Shown: positions 48,080 through 57,921 of the stretch, piece by piece
Layout of the letters: every line of letters starts with the position of its first letter
How positions within the stretch are numbered: position 1 is the stretch's first letter
Source of the DNA: Candidatus Aenigmatarchaeota archaeon
GTDB taxonomy: Archaea > Aenigmatarchaeota > Aenigmatarchaeia > CG10238-14 > SpSt-28
Direction: 5' to 3'
DNA: 64,000 nt
Assembly: GCA_039000985.1 (NCBI GenBank)
Contig: JAWBMD010000001.1
Location: 1,877 to 65,876 of the forward strand
The notes under the pieces: generated by a model
Databases searched by the model: none
Told to the model about the DNA's origin: nothing
The model's input: only the letters and a program-made list of their open reading frames with translations
Translations under genes and position numbers: made by a program

Positions 48080-49483
48080 ATGGGAAGTCAGGAATTTTTT
48101 ATAATTATCGGAGTTATAGTTGTTAGCTTATTATTTTTTTCAATAATTTATTTCAATATAGGAGAAAGAGCTAGAGAAAGTATAAAAAATCAAGTTAAAG
48201 CAGAAGCAAGTGAGTTAACTTCTTTAGTTTACAGAGTTTTTAACGATCCAGCAAAATATTTAAAATATTGTGTACCTGTAAATTTAGCGAATATAACAAT
48301 AGAAAAAGGAATATTTAAATATGAGAGACAAGGATTTAGTTTTATCAATGCATTACCACCAAATATTTCCGATGCAACTCTTTCAGATATTACTGATTTT
48401 TGTATTGTTAAAACCGATAGCATGATAAAAATTTTAGGTACTGCTCCTACTTGTGAAATAGATAGAATTTGTTCAATTGATGAATGTAAAGAAAACTGTA
48501 TTGATTGTTATGGTCCAGCAAATATTTGTATTGGAGATAAGTATTGTAATAAAGAGATTGGTGAAAATTGTGGAAAATCACCAAATGATTGTAGTTGTAA
48601 TAATTTCGGTTCTGATTACACATGTTGTCCAGAGGATCCCTCTTCAAACGAATATGGTTGTATTGATAAAACCAGACAAAATAAGAAAAGAGGTGAGGAA
48701 TGTTTTTGTAGCAATCAATGTGAAGCAGGTTTAGAATGCAATCCCGTCGCACCTTCTTTTACAAAATACAAAAAAGCTTGTTGTGATCCAGGAAAGGGTT
48801 GGAATGGAACTGATTGCACATCTATTGAGAAAAAATTGAAAGTACTATTTGTGCCTGTAAATTGGGATAGTGATTTCTCATCATTTGATAGCGTTGCAAA
48901 AAATCATTTCGATTTTTTAATAAAAAATATTCCGTTATCAGCTTGTCCAGAAAAGGCAGAAGCAAAATTTTTACATAATAACTGCAAATTTACTATGACG
49001 TGTGATTGTTCCGATCTTTTGAAAATCCAACAATGTGCAAGAGCTTCGGGAGAAACTTATGATTATATAATGGGTTTAGAAGATAGTAATGTATGCGATA
49101 GTGTGGCTGGATTTTCTTGTGGATTTGGTGTTGTTTTTGGAGAATCTCCTTATGTTTTAGTAACTACACACGAATTAGGTCATGAATGGGGGTTAAATGA
49201 TGAATATATAGATGCATGTAGATGTGGATTCGGTCTTGTTAATCCAAATGCTAATTGTCTGAGGTCTCGGCTTCATGGAGATGATGCTGTTCCACCCTAT
49301 ACTCGAGATTATTGTAGTGAAAAGGGAACAAAATGTCCATCAGGATATTCTATAACATGTATGGGAAATCAAAACAAATTGGGTGGAAGAGATATTATGA
49401 GTTTTGCTAATGCGCCAGGTCCTCGTGCTTTTGCAGAAGAAAGCTGGAATTATTTATTAACGGTTCCAATTATAAATTGTTAA
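48080..49483 (+). CDS. Membrane-anchored Cys-rich zinc metalloprotease
   Basis: N-terminal TM, Cys-rich repeats, HELGHEWGLNDEY zinc-binding motif, DIMS Met-turn. Confidence 0.8.
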   Translation: MGSQEFFIIIGVIVVSLLFFSIIYFNIGERARESIKNQVKAEASELTSLVYRVFNDPAKYLKYCVPVNLANITIEKGIFKYERQGFSFINALPPNISDATLSDITDFCIVKTDSMIKILGTAPTCEIDRICSIDECKENCIDCYGPANICIGDKYCNKEIGENCGKSPNDCSCNNFGSDYTCCPEDPSSNEYGCIDKTRQNKKRGEECFCSNQCEAGLECNPVAPSFTKYKKACCDPGKGWNGTDCTSIEKKLKVLFVPVNWDSDFSSFDSVAKNHFDFLIKNIPLSACPEKAEAKFLHNNCKFTMTCDCSDLLKIQQCARASGETYDYIMGLEDSNVCDSVAGFSCGFGVVFGESPYVLVTTHELGHEWGLNDEYIDACRCGFGLVNPNANCLRSRLHGDDAVPPYTRDYCSEKGTKCPSGYSITCMGNQNKLGGRDIMSFANAPGPRAFAEESWNYLLTVPIINC

Positions 49484-49484
49484 A

Positions 49485-50387
49485 ATGGTTAGCAAAAAAA
49501 TTCTACACTCATTTTTGATTATTTTCTCATTTTTAATTATTGTACAATTAACTTATGCTGAAACAATTTTATCTTTACAGTTTAATGTATCTAAAGACGA
49601 TACTGTAATTCTAGAAGAGATAAAGGTAATGGAGGGAAGATCTACACAATATTTTGTTCCAGGTGATTATAAAATTCAGCTATTAGATAGTGGTAAAGAG
49701 GTTATATTTGAAAAATCTATTAATATAGTATTTTTTATACTTTCGGAACCACCAATACCAGTAGATAGTATGATAGTTAGCTTAAGAGTAACTTATAATC
49801 CAGATATGAGATATGTTAGGTTACTTCATAATGAAAAAGAAATATTTTTCAGTGAAATAATTGTATGTAACAATAATAAAGTATGTGAAGCTTCGGAGAG
49901 TTATTTAAGTTGTCCTTCTGATTGTCCTTTGAATTTACCAGATGGTATATGTATTAAGGATAAAGATGGAATTTGTGATCCAGACTGTGCTCCAAATGTG
50001 GACCCAGATTGTATAGAGAAAGTTTCTATTTGCGGTAACAAGGTTTGTGAAAGTAATGAAACATATCAAAATTGTTGTATAGATTGTGGTTGTCCAAAAG
50101 GACTAATCTGTAAAAACAATTTTTGTATAGAGGATAGATGTGGTAATAAAATTTGTGAAAGTTTTTCTCCATATAACGAAAATTATGTGAATTGTCCGAA
50201 GGATTGCCCTTCCGGAAGTAAAGATAATTATTGTGATGCCATAGCAGATGGAAAATGTGACCCAGATTGTGAAAAAAATAAAGATATAGATTGTATTAAA
50301 CCATCAACAACATGGATTTATTTTTTGATTATTGGTGTAATTGTTGTTTTGGTAATATTTATATTTTTGTTAACAAAAAGGGAATAA
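49485..50387 (+). CDS. Secreted Cys-rich repeat protein with C-terminal TM
   Basis: Signal peptide; CNNNKVCE/CGNKVCE/CGNKICE...CP.DC and DG.CDPDC repeats; C-terminal anchor. Confidence 0.8.
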   Translation: MVSKKILHSFLIIFSFLIIVQLTYAETILSLQFNVSKDDTVILEEIKVMEGRSTQYFVPGDYKIQLLDSGKEVIFEKSINIVFFILSEPPIPVDSMIVSLRVTYNPDMRYVRLLHNEKEIFFSEIIVCNNNKVCEASESYLSCPSDCPLNLPDGICIKDKDGICDPDCAPNVDPDCIEKVSICGNKVCESNETYQNCCIDCGCPKGLICKNNFCIEDRCGNKICESFSPYNENYVNCPKDCPSGSKDNYCDAIADGKCDPDCEKNKDIDCIKPSTTWIYFLIIGVIVVLVIFIFLLTKRE

Positions 50388-50423
50388 CCTAATTTATTTT
50401 TTAAATATCTTAAAAATACTTTA

Positions 50424-51122
50424 ATGAAGATAAAAAAGTTACATTCAGATAATGAAAAAATGGTGTTTTTAGTAGATGGAATAGATTATTCTTTTGCAAA
50501 TGGTTTAAGGAGGATTTTTATGAACATGGTACCAACTTTGGCTATAGAATATGTTGATTTTATAGAGAATGACTCTGTTATTAACGATGAGGTGCTTGCT
50601 CATAGGTTAGGGTTAATTCCATTAACTTTTGAGAAAAATCTTTTGGTAATGAGAGAAGATTGTAGTTGTAAAGGTAAAGGATGTAGCAATTGCATGGTTG
50701 AGTTAAGAATAAAAAAGGAAGGTCCTTGTACTGTTTATTCGAGAGATTTAATATCTTCAGAATCATCTGTAAAACCATTGTATGATAATATAATTATATG
50801 TAGATTAGCTTCTGGTATGAAGCTTGAGCTAATTGCATATGCTTTTTTGGGAATTGGAGAAGAAAGTCCAAAATGGCAAGCATCTTTAGCTACATATGTT
50901 AATGTTGTTAAAGAACAAAAAGGCAAAACAAAGAAATGCTGGACACAAGATTATGGTATTTATTGTGTTGAATGTTTCGAAGATTTAAAAGATATTGAGG
51001 TAGAAAAGGATAAGTTTTTGTTTTATGTTGAAAGTGTTTCTGGTTTAACTACTGAAAGAGTTGTTGAAGAAGGTTTAGAGTTTGCCAAAAAATATTTAGG
51101 AAAAGTTAAAAAAGTTTTATGA
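50424..51122 (+). CDS. rpoD: DNA-directed RNA polymerase subunit D (Rpo3)
   Basis: ANGLRR, VPTLAI, NDS...DEVLAHRLGLIP, CSC..GC..C, KWQ. Confidence 0.96.
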   Translation: MKIKKLHSDNEKMVFLVDGIDYSFANGLRRIFMNMVPTLAIEYVDFIENDSVINDEVLAHRLGLIPLTFEKNLLVMREDCSCKGKGCSNCMVELRIKKEGPCTVYSRDLISSESSVKPLYDNIIICRLASGMKLELIAYAFLGIGEESPKWQASLATYVNVVKEQKGKTKKCWTQDYGIYCVECFEDLKDIEVEKDKFLFYVESVSGLTTERVVEEGLEFAKKYLGKVKKVL

Positions 51123-51610
51123 AAAAAATATTAGCAATTTCTGATTCACATGTAAATAATTTATCTCAGCTTCCTGTTGAGCTAGTTCAAATTTTTAAAG
51201 ATTTTGATTTTATTGTTCATTGTGGAGATTTTACTGGCATAAAAATTGTTCAAGAATTAAAAGAGTTTAAAAATTTTTTTGGTGTTGTTGGAAATGTAGA
51301 TGATTTTGAAATATCTAAAATTTTAGATAAAAAAGTTGTTTTTGATATAAATGGCTTTAAAATAGGAATTATACATCCTTATGAAGGTGGACCACCAATA
51401 AATATTAAAACAAGGATTTTAAAAAGTTTTGGTAATGAAAAACTTGATTTAATTATATTTGGACATACTCATTTTGCAGAAATATCAGAATTCAATTCAG
51501 TTAAATTTGTTAATCCCGGTAGTTGTACAGGAAAATTACCAGCTTTGTTTAAAAGTTATGCTATAATAGAAATAGATAATGAAATTAAAGCTAGAATTGT
51601 AAGGTATTGA
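51119..51610 (+). CDS. YfcE/MJ0936-family metallophosphoesterase
   Basis: SDSH, HCGD, GNVD, GHTH, NPGS. Confidence 0.92.
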   Translation: MKKILAISDSHVNNLSQLPVELVQIFKDFDFIVHCGDFTGIKIVQELKEFKNFFGVVGNVDDFEISKILDKKVVFDINGFKIGIIHPYEGGPPINIKTRILKSFGNEKLDLIIFGHTHFAEISEFNSVKFVNPGSCTGKLPALFKSYAIIEIDNEIKARIVRY

Positions 51611-54212
51611 AAATAACTTTTTTTGATAAAGTGTTGTTATAAGAGAAATATAAATCTCCATCACAATAAACACATCTGCAAGATAATGGTATTGTTTGAT
51701 ATTCTTTCTCACATTTTTTACAAACTATTTTATCAAAGCTTTCTAAAAATTCCTTAACTTCTTTTTTATTATTAATTATTTTTGCTATTTCAAGTTTTGT
51801 TTGTTTACCAATTTCTTTTATATCACTAACATTTGCTCCTATTGCTTCCATTATTCTTTCTATTGGTGGAAATAGTTGGCTTTTTATGTAATAATCATAA
51901 TCTATTTCCAATCCTTCTCTTTTAACAAAATTAGGATCTTCAGCTCTTTTTGATAAAATTTCACCACCTTTTACTATAACAAAGCTTATTCTATCACCAA
52001 CTCCAGGTATTCTTTTTTCTCCCCTCTCTTTCATTTTTTTAATTAGTTCTATATGTGGCTGAATTCCTTTATAATTTGTTTTAGAAATACCTTTTGTTAT
52101 TAATAGTTTTTCTAAAGGTATTTTACCTTCTCTAAGATTTTTAACAATTTCTTTAAATCTGTTAACAGCTTTTTCAACATTCTTTTCTTTTAATATAGTG
52201 CTAACAACTTCTTCTAAAGTATCTGTAACTAAATCACACCAATCTCTTCTAACTGTTTCTATTCCTTTCATAACAATTTTTTCATTACCATTTTCATCAA
52301 CAGAAAGAGCAGCATATCTTTTTTTAGTTAAAATTATAATGCTTTTGAAAATACTCTCTATTTTCATTTTCAAATTCTCATATTTTATATTTACAATATT
52401 CTCCAATTCTTTAGCTTTTTCAAAAGCTAACTTTATATCATCTGTATCAAGTTTAACCATTATAGAATCTGTATCTCCATAAATAACTTTATAATTTGTT
52501 TCTTTCTCGATAGTTTCCTTCATTTCTGTTATTAATTTTCTACCGTTCGCTGTTATTGAGTTAGCTATTTCCAATATATACAATCTACCAGAAACAAAAC
52601 CCGTATAACCATAAAATGCATTTGCTATTCTTTTAAAAGCCTCTTGCATAGCATCCAGTTTTTCTCTCATAATTTCGTCTTTTTCATTTTTTAGCGAGCT
52701 CTTTATTTTATTTCTTTCTTCAATCATCCTTTTTAAAATTTTTGGATATATACCCTCTCTAACATTTTTAGAAACAAATTTTGGAATTCCATTTTCTATA
52801 ATAAGTGTTGTTGGACAAATGTTAAAACTTATTATTATGTTTGGGTACATGCTTGCAAAATCTAAGTAAACTATGCATTTATCATGAAAACCTATTTGTG
52901 GTTGCAACACTAATCCACCTTCCAATCCCTTAGCTTCTTTTTCCTTTTCTCTTTCCAATTTAATTTTTTCTGATGGTTTGTTTGGCATTACAAAATCACG
53001 TTTATTAAATTCTTTAAGCAAAAGGAATTCTATTTTTGAGGCTTCTCCACCATCAAGTATATCTTGTAACAATAAACCACTAACTTTGCTTAGAGCAATA
53101 TATTTATCAAGCATTTTATATTTCAAAAACAGTTTAAAGGCAAGTTCTGAATCTTTTCTAGCATATTCTATTACTTTTTTTGGATTTTCATACCAGTATT
53201 TTTCTATTTCGCTATGAGATATATCTATTTTGCTTTCATTTAACAAAAAGTTTGCCACACTGTTTAAGTCAAATCTTTTCAATTTTTTGAAAAAACCAAC
53301 TTTTACTAATTCTTTTATAATTTTATAGCTATCTACAATAAATCTACCAACTATATGATTTTTATATTTGTTTTCTCTTAGTTTTTTTGATGAAGCTGAT
53401 TTTTCTTCTGCTCTTCCCATTATCGGCTTTATATTTAGTTTTTTCATTCTGTTTATTAGATATGGTAAATCGAAATCATTTATGTTATACCCAACTATAA
53501 AATCTGGATCAAAATCTTTAACTATTTCTAAAAACTTCTTTAGCATTTCTTTTTCATCTTCAAAACAAATTACATCAACTTCACTATTTTTAATAATTTT
53601 TGAAGTCAAAATTAGACTATTTTTTTCGTTGTAGTGTGGATAAAAGAAAAGGGAAATAATTATTATTTCCCCTTCTGCAGTTTCTACATTTGGACTACCT
53701 ATACATTCTATATCTATTGTCAAGAATTTAAAATTAGCATTTTTTTCTTCATTCAAGTTCTCAAAGCTTTCCGCTTCATATGCTTCATTTACATATAAAG
53801 AGTTCGAATTTATTCTTTTACCTTTAATTTTTATCCAATTCATTCCATTAATGTTGAAATCTGCTGCAAATCTATATTTAAACAATATATCAGCTTCAAA
53901 TGTTTCCACCTTTATTTTATTTCTAATATTCGGTACATCTGCCGGATTTGATAAATAAACTTTCATAAGCTTTGTTTTATTTTCATTAAATCCTATTGGT
54001 AAAAATTTTTCTACAATTTCAGATTTTATAAAATGAGGTTCCTTTAAAATTTCTTCGTTTAAAGAATTTATGTAAAAATATGGATAAAATTTTTTGTATA
54101 TTACACAAACTGTTTTACCATCTTCTTTTTTTCCAAATATTCTTATTATTGGTACTTTTTCGCTTTTAGAATAAACATAATCTATGTCAAATACTTGAAA
54201 GGATACTTCCAC
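51591..54212 (-). CDS. polB: Family B DNA polymerase with C-terminal Cys4 zinc finger
   Basis: Exo DIE, YNINDFD, YARKD; Pol DFASMYP, K..ANAFYG, YGDTDS; tail CKKC...PLSCRCVYC. Confidence 0.96.
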   Translation of the reverse strand: MEVSFQVFDIDYVYSKSEKVPIIRIFGKKEDGKTVCVIYKKFYPYFYINSLNEEILKEPHFIKSEIVEKFLPIGFNENKTKLMKVYLSNPADVPNIRNKIKVETFEADILFKYRFAADFNINGMNWIKIKGKRINSNSLYVNEAYEAESFENLNEEKNANFKFLTIDIECIGSPNVETAEGEIIIISLFFYPHYNEKNSLILTSKIIKNSEVDVICFEDEKEMLKKFLEIVKDFDPDFIVGYNINDFDLPYLINRMKKLNIKPIMGRAEEKSASSKKLRENKYKNHIVGRFIVDSYKIIKELVKVGFFKKLKRFDLNSVANFLLNESKIDISHSEIEKYWYENPKKVIEYARKDSELAFKLFLKYKMLDKYIALSKVSGLLLQDILDGGEASKIEFLLLKEFNKRDFVMPNKPSEKIKLEREKEKEAKGLEGGLVLQPQIGFHDKCIVYLDFASMYPNIIISFNICPTTLIIENGIPKFVSKNVREGIYPKILKRMIEERNKIKSSLKNEKDEIMREKLDAMQEAFKRIANAFYGYTGFVSGRLYILEIANSITANGRKLITEMKETIEKETNYKVIYGDTDSIMVKLDTDDIKLAFEKAKELENIVNIKYENLKMKIESIFKSIIILTKKRYAALSVDENGNEKIVMKGIETVRRDWCDLVTDTLEEVVSTILKEKNVEKAVNRFKEIVKNLREGKIPLEKLLITKGISKTNYKGIQPHIELIKKMKERGEKRIPGVGDRISFVIVKGGEILSKRAEDPNFVKREGLEIDYDYYIKSQLFPPIERIMEAIGANVSDIKEIGKQTKLEIAKIINNKKEVKEFLESFDKIVCKKCEKEYQTIPLSCRCVYCDGDLYFSYNNTLSKKVIFNTLQF

Positions 54213-54226
54213 AATTTCTTTATTAT

Positions 54227-55186
54227 TTAGAAATTTTTATATATTTCTCTACTTTTTAAGTTTATATCAACAAATGTATTTTCTTTTATATATAATATTG
54301 TTGTACCCTTGTAGTTCAGGCAAATATTGTCAAATTTATTACCATAAACAACTATAAAATCTGGAATTTCTTTAAGCAAAAGAGCATTTGATGGTAGTTT
54401 TTTTATTAATGGGTTTAAATTTCTTTTTTTAACTAAACTTATTATCTCTTTTTCGAAATCATTTTCTATCTTTGTTAAATTTTCATTAACTATTAAAACT
54501 AAAAAATCATTTTCTATTTTTGCCTTTAGCATATTGTTAAAAACTATTGTGTTTTTCCAAATTTTTTTATTATTAAAAAAGTAATAATTGTTGCTTTTTG
54601 GTGTTTCATTACATTCATAACCAAATCTAACAAAAACATCTCTACTAGCTTTTTTAGATTTGGCTAAAGGTATATCCGGATAAACTACTTTTTTTATTTT
54701 ATAATCCTTTACAATAAAGCCAAAAACATCAGATTCAAATATTTTTTCATCAATATCTAATTGTAATTTTATTTTATCTGTATAATCTTCAACTAATATA
54801 TTATCATTATTAACTTCAATTACAATACCTATTATATTACCGCTTTTGTTCTTTTTTAAATTTGATATCGACATTACATTTACCATTTCTATCTTGCTTT
54901 TGATTAAGTTTCTTAAAAATTCAAATCTATCAACAATTATTTTATTAATGCTTTCTATACTAATTTCATTTATACTAATATCACTTTCTATAATTTCAAA
55001 TTCATTTTTTTCAAAGATTTTATTTAATAAATCTAAAGTTATGCATTTATCAGGTATTTTTTCAAATTCAATATTTTTAAACAAATCTTCTAAGCTTTCA
55101 ATTCCCTTTAAATATTCTAATGCTTCGGGAGTTACAGTAAAACCTCTCAGCAAAAATTCCTTTATAATTTCATTTGTTGATAACAT
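54227..55186 (-). CDS. PolD DP1-like / B-subunit-like protein with degenerate phosphoesterase domain
   Basis: IIKEFLLRG..TPEA N-domain; DRFEFL..., IIGIV, LVED.T OB fold; YPDIP; KKRNLNP; IPDFIV; no metal-binding DxH/GNHD/GHxH. Confidence 0.75.
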   Translation of the reverse strand: MLSTNEIIKEFLLRGFTVTPEALEYLKGIESLEDLFKNIEFEKIPDKCITLDLLNKIFEKNEFEIIESDISINEISIESINKIIVDRFEFLRNLIKSKIEMVNVMSISNLKKNKSGNIIGIVIEVNNDNILVEDYTDKIKLQLDIDEKIFESDVFGFIVKDYKIKKVVYPDIPLAKSKKASRDVFVRFGYECNETPKSNNYYFFNNKKIWKNTIVFNNMLKAKIENDFLVLIVNENLTKIENDFEKEIISLVKKRNLNPLIKKLPSNALLLKEIPDFIVVYGNKFDNICLNYKGTTILYIKENTFVDINLKSREIYKNF

Positions 55187-55400
55187 AAAGTCTTGTTTTT
55201 TTTGTTTTACTTGAATTTATTTCAAATACTTTAACTTTTCCAATAGATATTAATTCATTAATATATTTTTTCGCTGTTCCCCAATTCAAGTTACAAATTT
55301 TTGATATTTTAAGCAAAGTTAATGGATATTTTGAACTAGATAAAACTTCTAAAATTTTCTTTTGAGTTTCAAATCTTTTAGAAGGCCTTCCAACTTTCAT
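55170..55400 (-). CDS. Small winged-helix protein
   Basis: ILEVL...PLT...ISK...LNWGTAKKYINEL...GKV wHTH; overlaps both neighbours. Confidence 0.75.
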   Translation of the reverse strand: MKVGRPSKRFETQKKILEVLSSSKYPLTLLKISKICNLNWGTAKKYINELISIGKVKVFEINSSKTKKTRLYVINK

Positions 55401-56599
55401 ATAAAGCCTCTTATTTTACCATTACATAACGCTTTTATAAACTTATCTGTATTGTTTATTTTGTTTTCAACAATATTAGATATTTCTTTTTCATCAACCT
55501 CTTTTTTATTCTTAGGTATTAATTGCACGGAAATTAATTCTGGATCAGAAACAGGTTTACCTATTTTGCTAACTAGCCATACATATACTTCCTCTAAGTA
55601 ATCATCAAACTTCTCATAAATTTCTTTTGCCATTTCTAGTGAAAGAAAGTTATATATTTTTCCAACATGAATTAAAGGATTTTTTCCAGCAGCAGCTTCA
55701 TTGCTTATTGGTCTAAATAACGAAAATACACCATTCACTTTATTACCTCTACCAACTTGTCCACTATCTGCATTTTCTGCACAAGTTCCAGTAACTGTTA
55801 AATACAATCCATTAACCCCTCTCCCCCTTTGATCTAAGGTATTTATATCTATTCCAACATTAACATCAAAGAATTTTTTTATTAAATCTTTAATTTCTTC
55901 TTTTATTTCATCTTTAGTTCTAAAATATTCCTCTTCATTCTTTATAAATCTATCGATTATAGCAATTGCTATTATTAAGTTTATTTCACTATTTTTTCTT
56001 ATTCCCATTATTTTAATATCTTCTCCAGATTCTGGAAATTCTTTTTTAAATTTTTTAGAGTTCATATATCTTTCTGTTTTTATTAATATTTCTTCAAGCT
56101 TTGTTAAAGGCCAATAACCAACACAAGCAGATGTATCGTTAGAACCTAAGGTTTTTTCATATTTTCTTTTAAATATATCTACAAGTGAAGCAGAACCTTC
56201 TTTAACCTCTATATAATATTTTACATGCTTTTCTTCAACAAATCTCATATTTTTCTTAAACCAGTTTTTGGCAGAATTTATTAATATTTTTTCAACATCT
56301 ATTTTTTCATTATCAACTTTAAATGTTGCTCTGTCACCAAAAATAAATTTCATTGGCTTTAAAACTTTTCCACCACCAAACTTACTAATTGCTTTTCCAG
56401 CTGATAGAAAAGCTTTATCTATATTGAAATGTAAAACTCTTCCAAACTTCTTCTTATATTCTTTTGATAGATTAATAGAAGCTTCTTCGCAAATTAAATC
56501 ACATATTGTATCTGGATGTCCTATTCCTTTTCTTTCAGCAATTTCAGTTCTTAATTTTGAAATTGGTATGTTGTTTACTTTTTCTACAAAAATTTTCAT
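55397..56599 (-). CDS. mat: S-adenosylmethionine synthetase (archaeal type)
   Basis: ERKGIGHPDTICD, SNDTS, GEDIKIMG, DSGQVGRGN, AAGKNP..HVGKIYN. Confidence 0.96.
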   Translation of the reverse strand: MKIFVEKVNNIPISKLRTEIAERKGIGHPDTICDLICEEASINLSKEYKKKFGRVLHFNIDKAFLSAGKAISKFGGGKVLKPMKFIFGDRATFKVDNEKIDVEKILINSAKNWFKKNMRFVEEKHVKYYIEVKEGSASLVDIFKRKYEKTLGSNDTSACVGYWPLTKLEEILIKTERYMNSKKFKKEFPESGEDIKIMGIRKNSEINLIIAIAIIDRFIKNEEEYFRTKDEIKEEIKDLIKKFFDVNVGIDINTLDQRGRGVNGLYLTVTGTCAENADSGQVGRGNKVNGVFSLFRPISNEAAAGKNPLIHVGKIYNFLSLEMAKEIYEKFDDYLEEVYVWLVSKIGKPVSDPELISVQLIPKNKKEVDEKEISNIVENKINNTDKFIKALCNGKIRGFI

Positions 56600-56723
56600 A
56601 AAGGATTTATAAAATATTTATTTAAATTTTAAGTATGAAAACTTTTTGAATTATGTTCTAATTAGCTATGCATAAAAGTGATGAAGAGCATAGAATTTAT
56701 TGCTGTTTTGTTGATTCAATAAT

Positions 56724-57110
56724 TTAAGGTAATTTAACAAAAACTACTAGCTTTTTAATTTCAGGATTATTATAATCACCACCTATTAAAAATGGAATTG
56801 CTAAAACATTTTTAGACAATATATCTTTTTGATAACTTTCTGTAGCATTAAATATATCAACTTCTATTTCAAAATTTCCTGGTAAAATTTCTAGGAGGAG
56901 ATTTTCTATCATAGTTTTATTATTTTCCATTATATATTTTCTAAGGTTTTTTGTTTTAATAAGGCTATTAACGCTTTCATAAACTAATAATTTCATTTTT
57001 ATGTCTATTTTTTCTTGTTCTAATCTAGTTAGTGAAGTTGAAATAAGTATTATGAAAAGAATTGCTAAAAAAGCTATTATTACTTCCAAAATTGCACTTA
57101 AAGATTTCAT
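56724..57110 (-). CDS. Hypothetical protein with pilin-like N-terminal helix
   Basis: MKSLSAILEVIIA hydrophobic N-terminus with E. Confidence 0.55.
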   Translation of the reverse strand: MKSLSAILEVIIAFLAILFIILISTSLTRLEQEKIDIKMKLLVYESVNSLIKTKNLRKYIMENNKTMIENLLLEILPGNFEIEVDIFNATESYQKDILSKNVLAIPFLIGGDYNNPEIKKLVVFVKLP

Positions 57111-57137
57111 AAATTAATTTTTTATAAGTTTAGATAT

Positions 57138-57671
57138 ATGGAAAGAACACTTGTTTTAATAAAACCAGATGCTATTGAAAGAAAATTAGCTGGTGAAATA
57201 ATAAAAAGATTTGAGCAAGATTTTGAAATATTAGCTATGAAAATTGTTAAAGTTAGTAGAGAGCTTGCAGAAAAGCATTATAGAGCTACTGAAGAGCAAT
57301 TAATTGGCATGGGTAAAAAAACATTGGAATCATCTAGCTTAGAAGATATTATGAAAATATTCAGAACAAAAGATCCTTTGGAGATAGGTAAAAAATTAAG
57401 AGAGTGGCTCATAGAATTTTTGAGCAATAAAAAAGTTATCGCAATTGTTCTTGCTGGAGAAAAAGCTGTTGAAAGAGTTAGAAAGATGGTTGGTCATACA
57501 AATCCAGCAAAAGCAGAAAAAGGAACAATAAGAGGAGATTTTGGTCAAGATTCTATAGAAAAAGCTAATTTGGAGAAAAGATGTGTTAGGAATCTTGTTC
57601 ATGCTTCAGGCTCTCTTAGTGAGGCCGAGTATGAAATTAAAGTTTGGTTTAAAGATGAGGAAATTATATAA
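57138..57671 (+). CDS. ndk: Nucleoside diphosphate kinase
   Basis: ERTLVLIKPD, GTIRGDF, NLVHAS. Confidence 0.96.
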   Translation: MERTLVLIKPDAIERKLAGEIIKRFEQDFEILAMKIVKVSRELAEKHYRATEEQLIGMGKKTLESSSLEDIMKIFRTKDPLEIGKKLREWLIEFLSNKKVIAIVLAGEKAVERVRKMVGHTNPAKAEKGTIRGDFGQDSIEKANLEKRCVRNLVHASGSLSEAEYEIKVWFKDEEII

Positions 57672-57921
57672 AGTTTTATTTTATGGAAAAGTACAGGGAG
57701 TAGGTTTTAGAGCAACTTGTGCTAGATTAGCAAACAGACTTAACATTTTTGGTTATGTTAAAAACTTAGAAGATGGCTCTGTAGAAGCTGTTTTCGATTG
57801 CGATAAAAATTCTATGCTTGAAATAATCGAGAAGCTTAAAGATATTTTTGATATAGAAAATATTACAATAGAAGAAATGGATAGTAATAAAAAATTTTCT
57901 AGGTTTGAAATAATATTATGA
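57655..57921 (+). CDS. acyP: Acylphosphatase
   Basis: GKVQGVGFR, GYVKNLEDGSVE; likely start ATG 57655. Confidence 0.93.
   Translation: MRKLYKVLFYGKVQGVGFRATCARLANRLNIFGYVKNLEDGSVEAVFDCDKNSMLEIIEKLKDIFDIENITIEEMDSNKKFSRFEIIL

Noticed and set aside
21730..54212. Inteins in NrdJ or PolB
   Set aside because: Lengths are normal, catalytic motifs are contiguous, and no intein or LAGLIDADG signatures were seen
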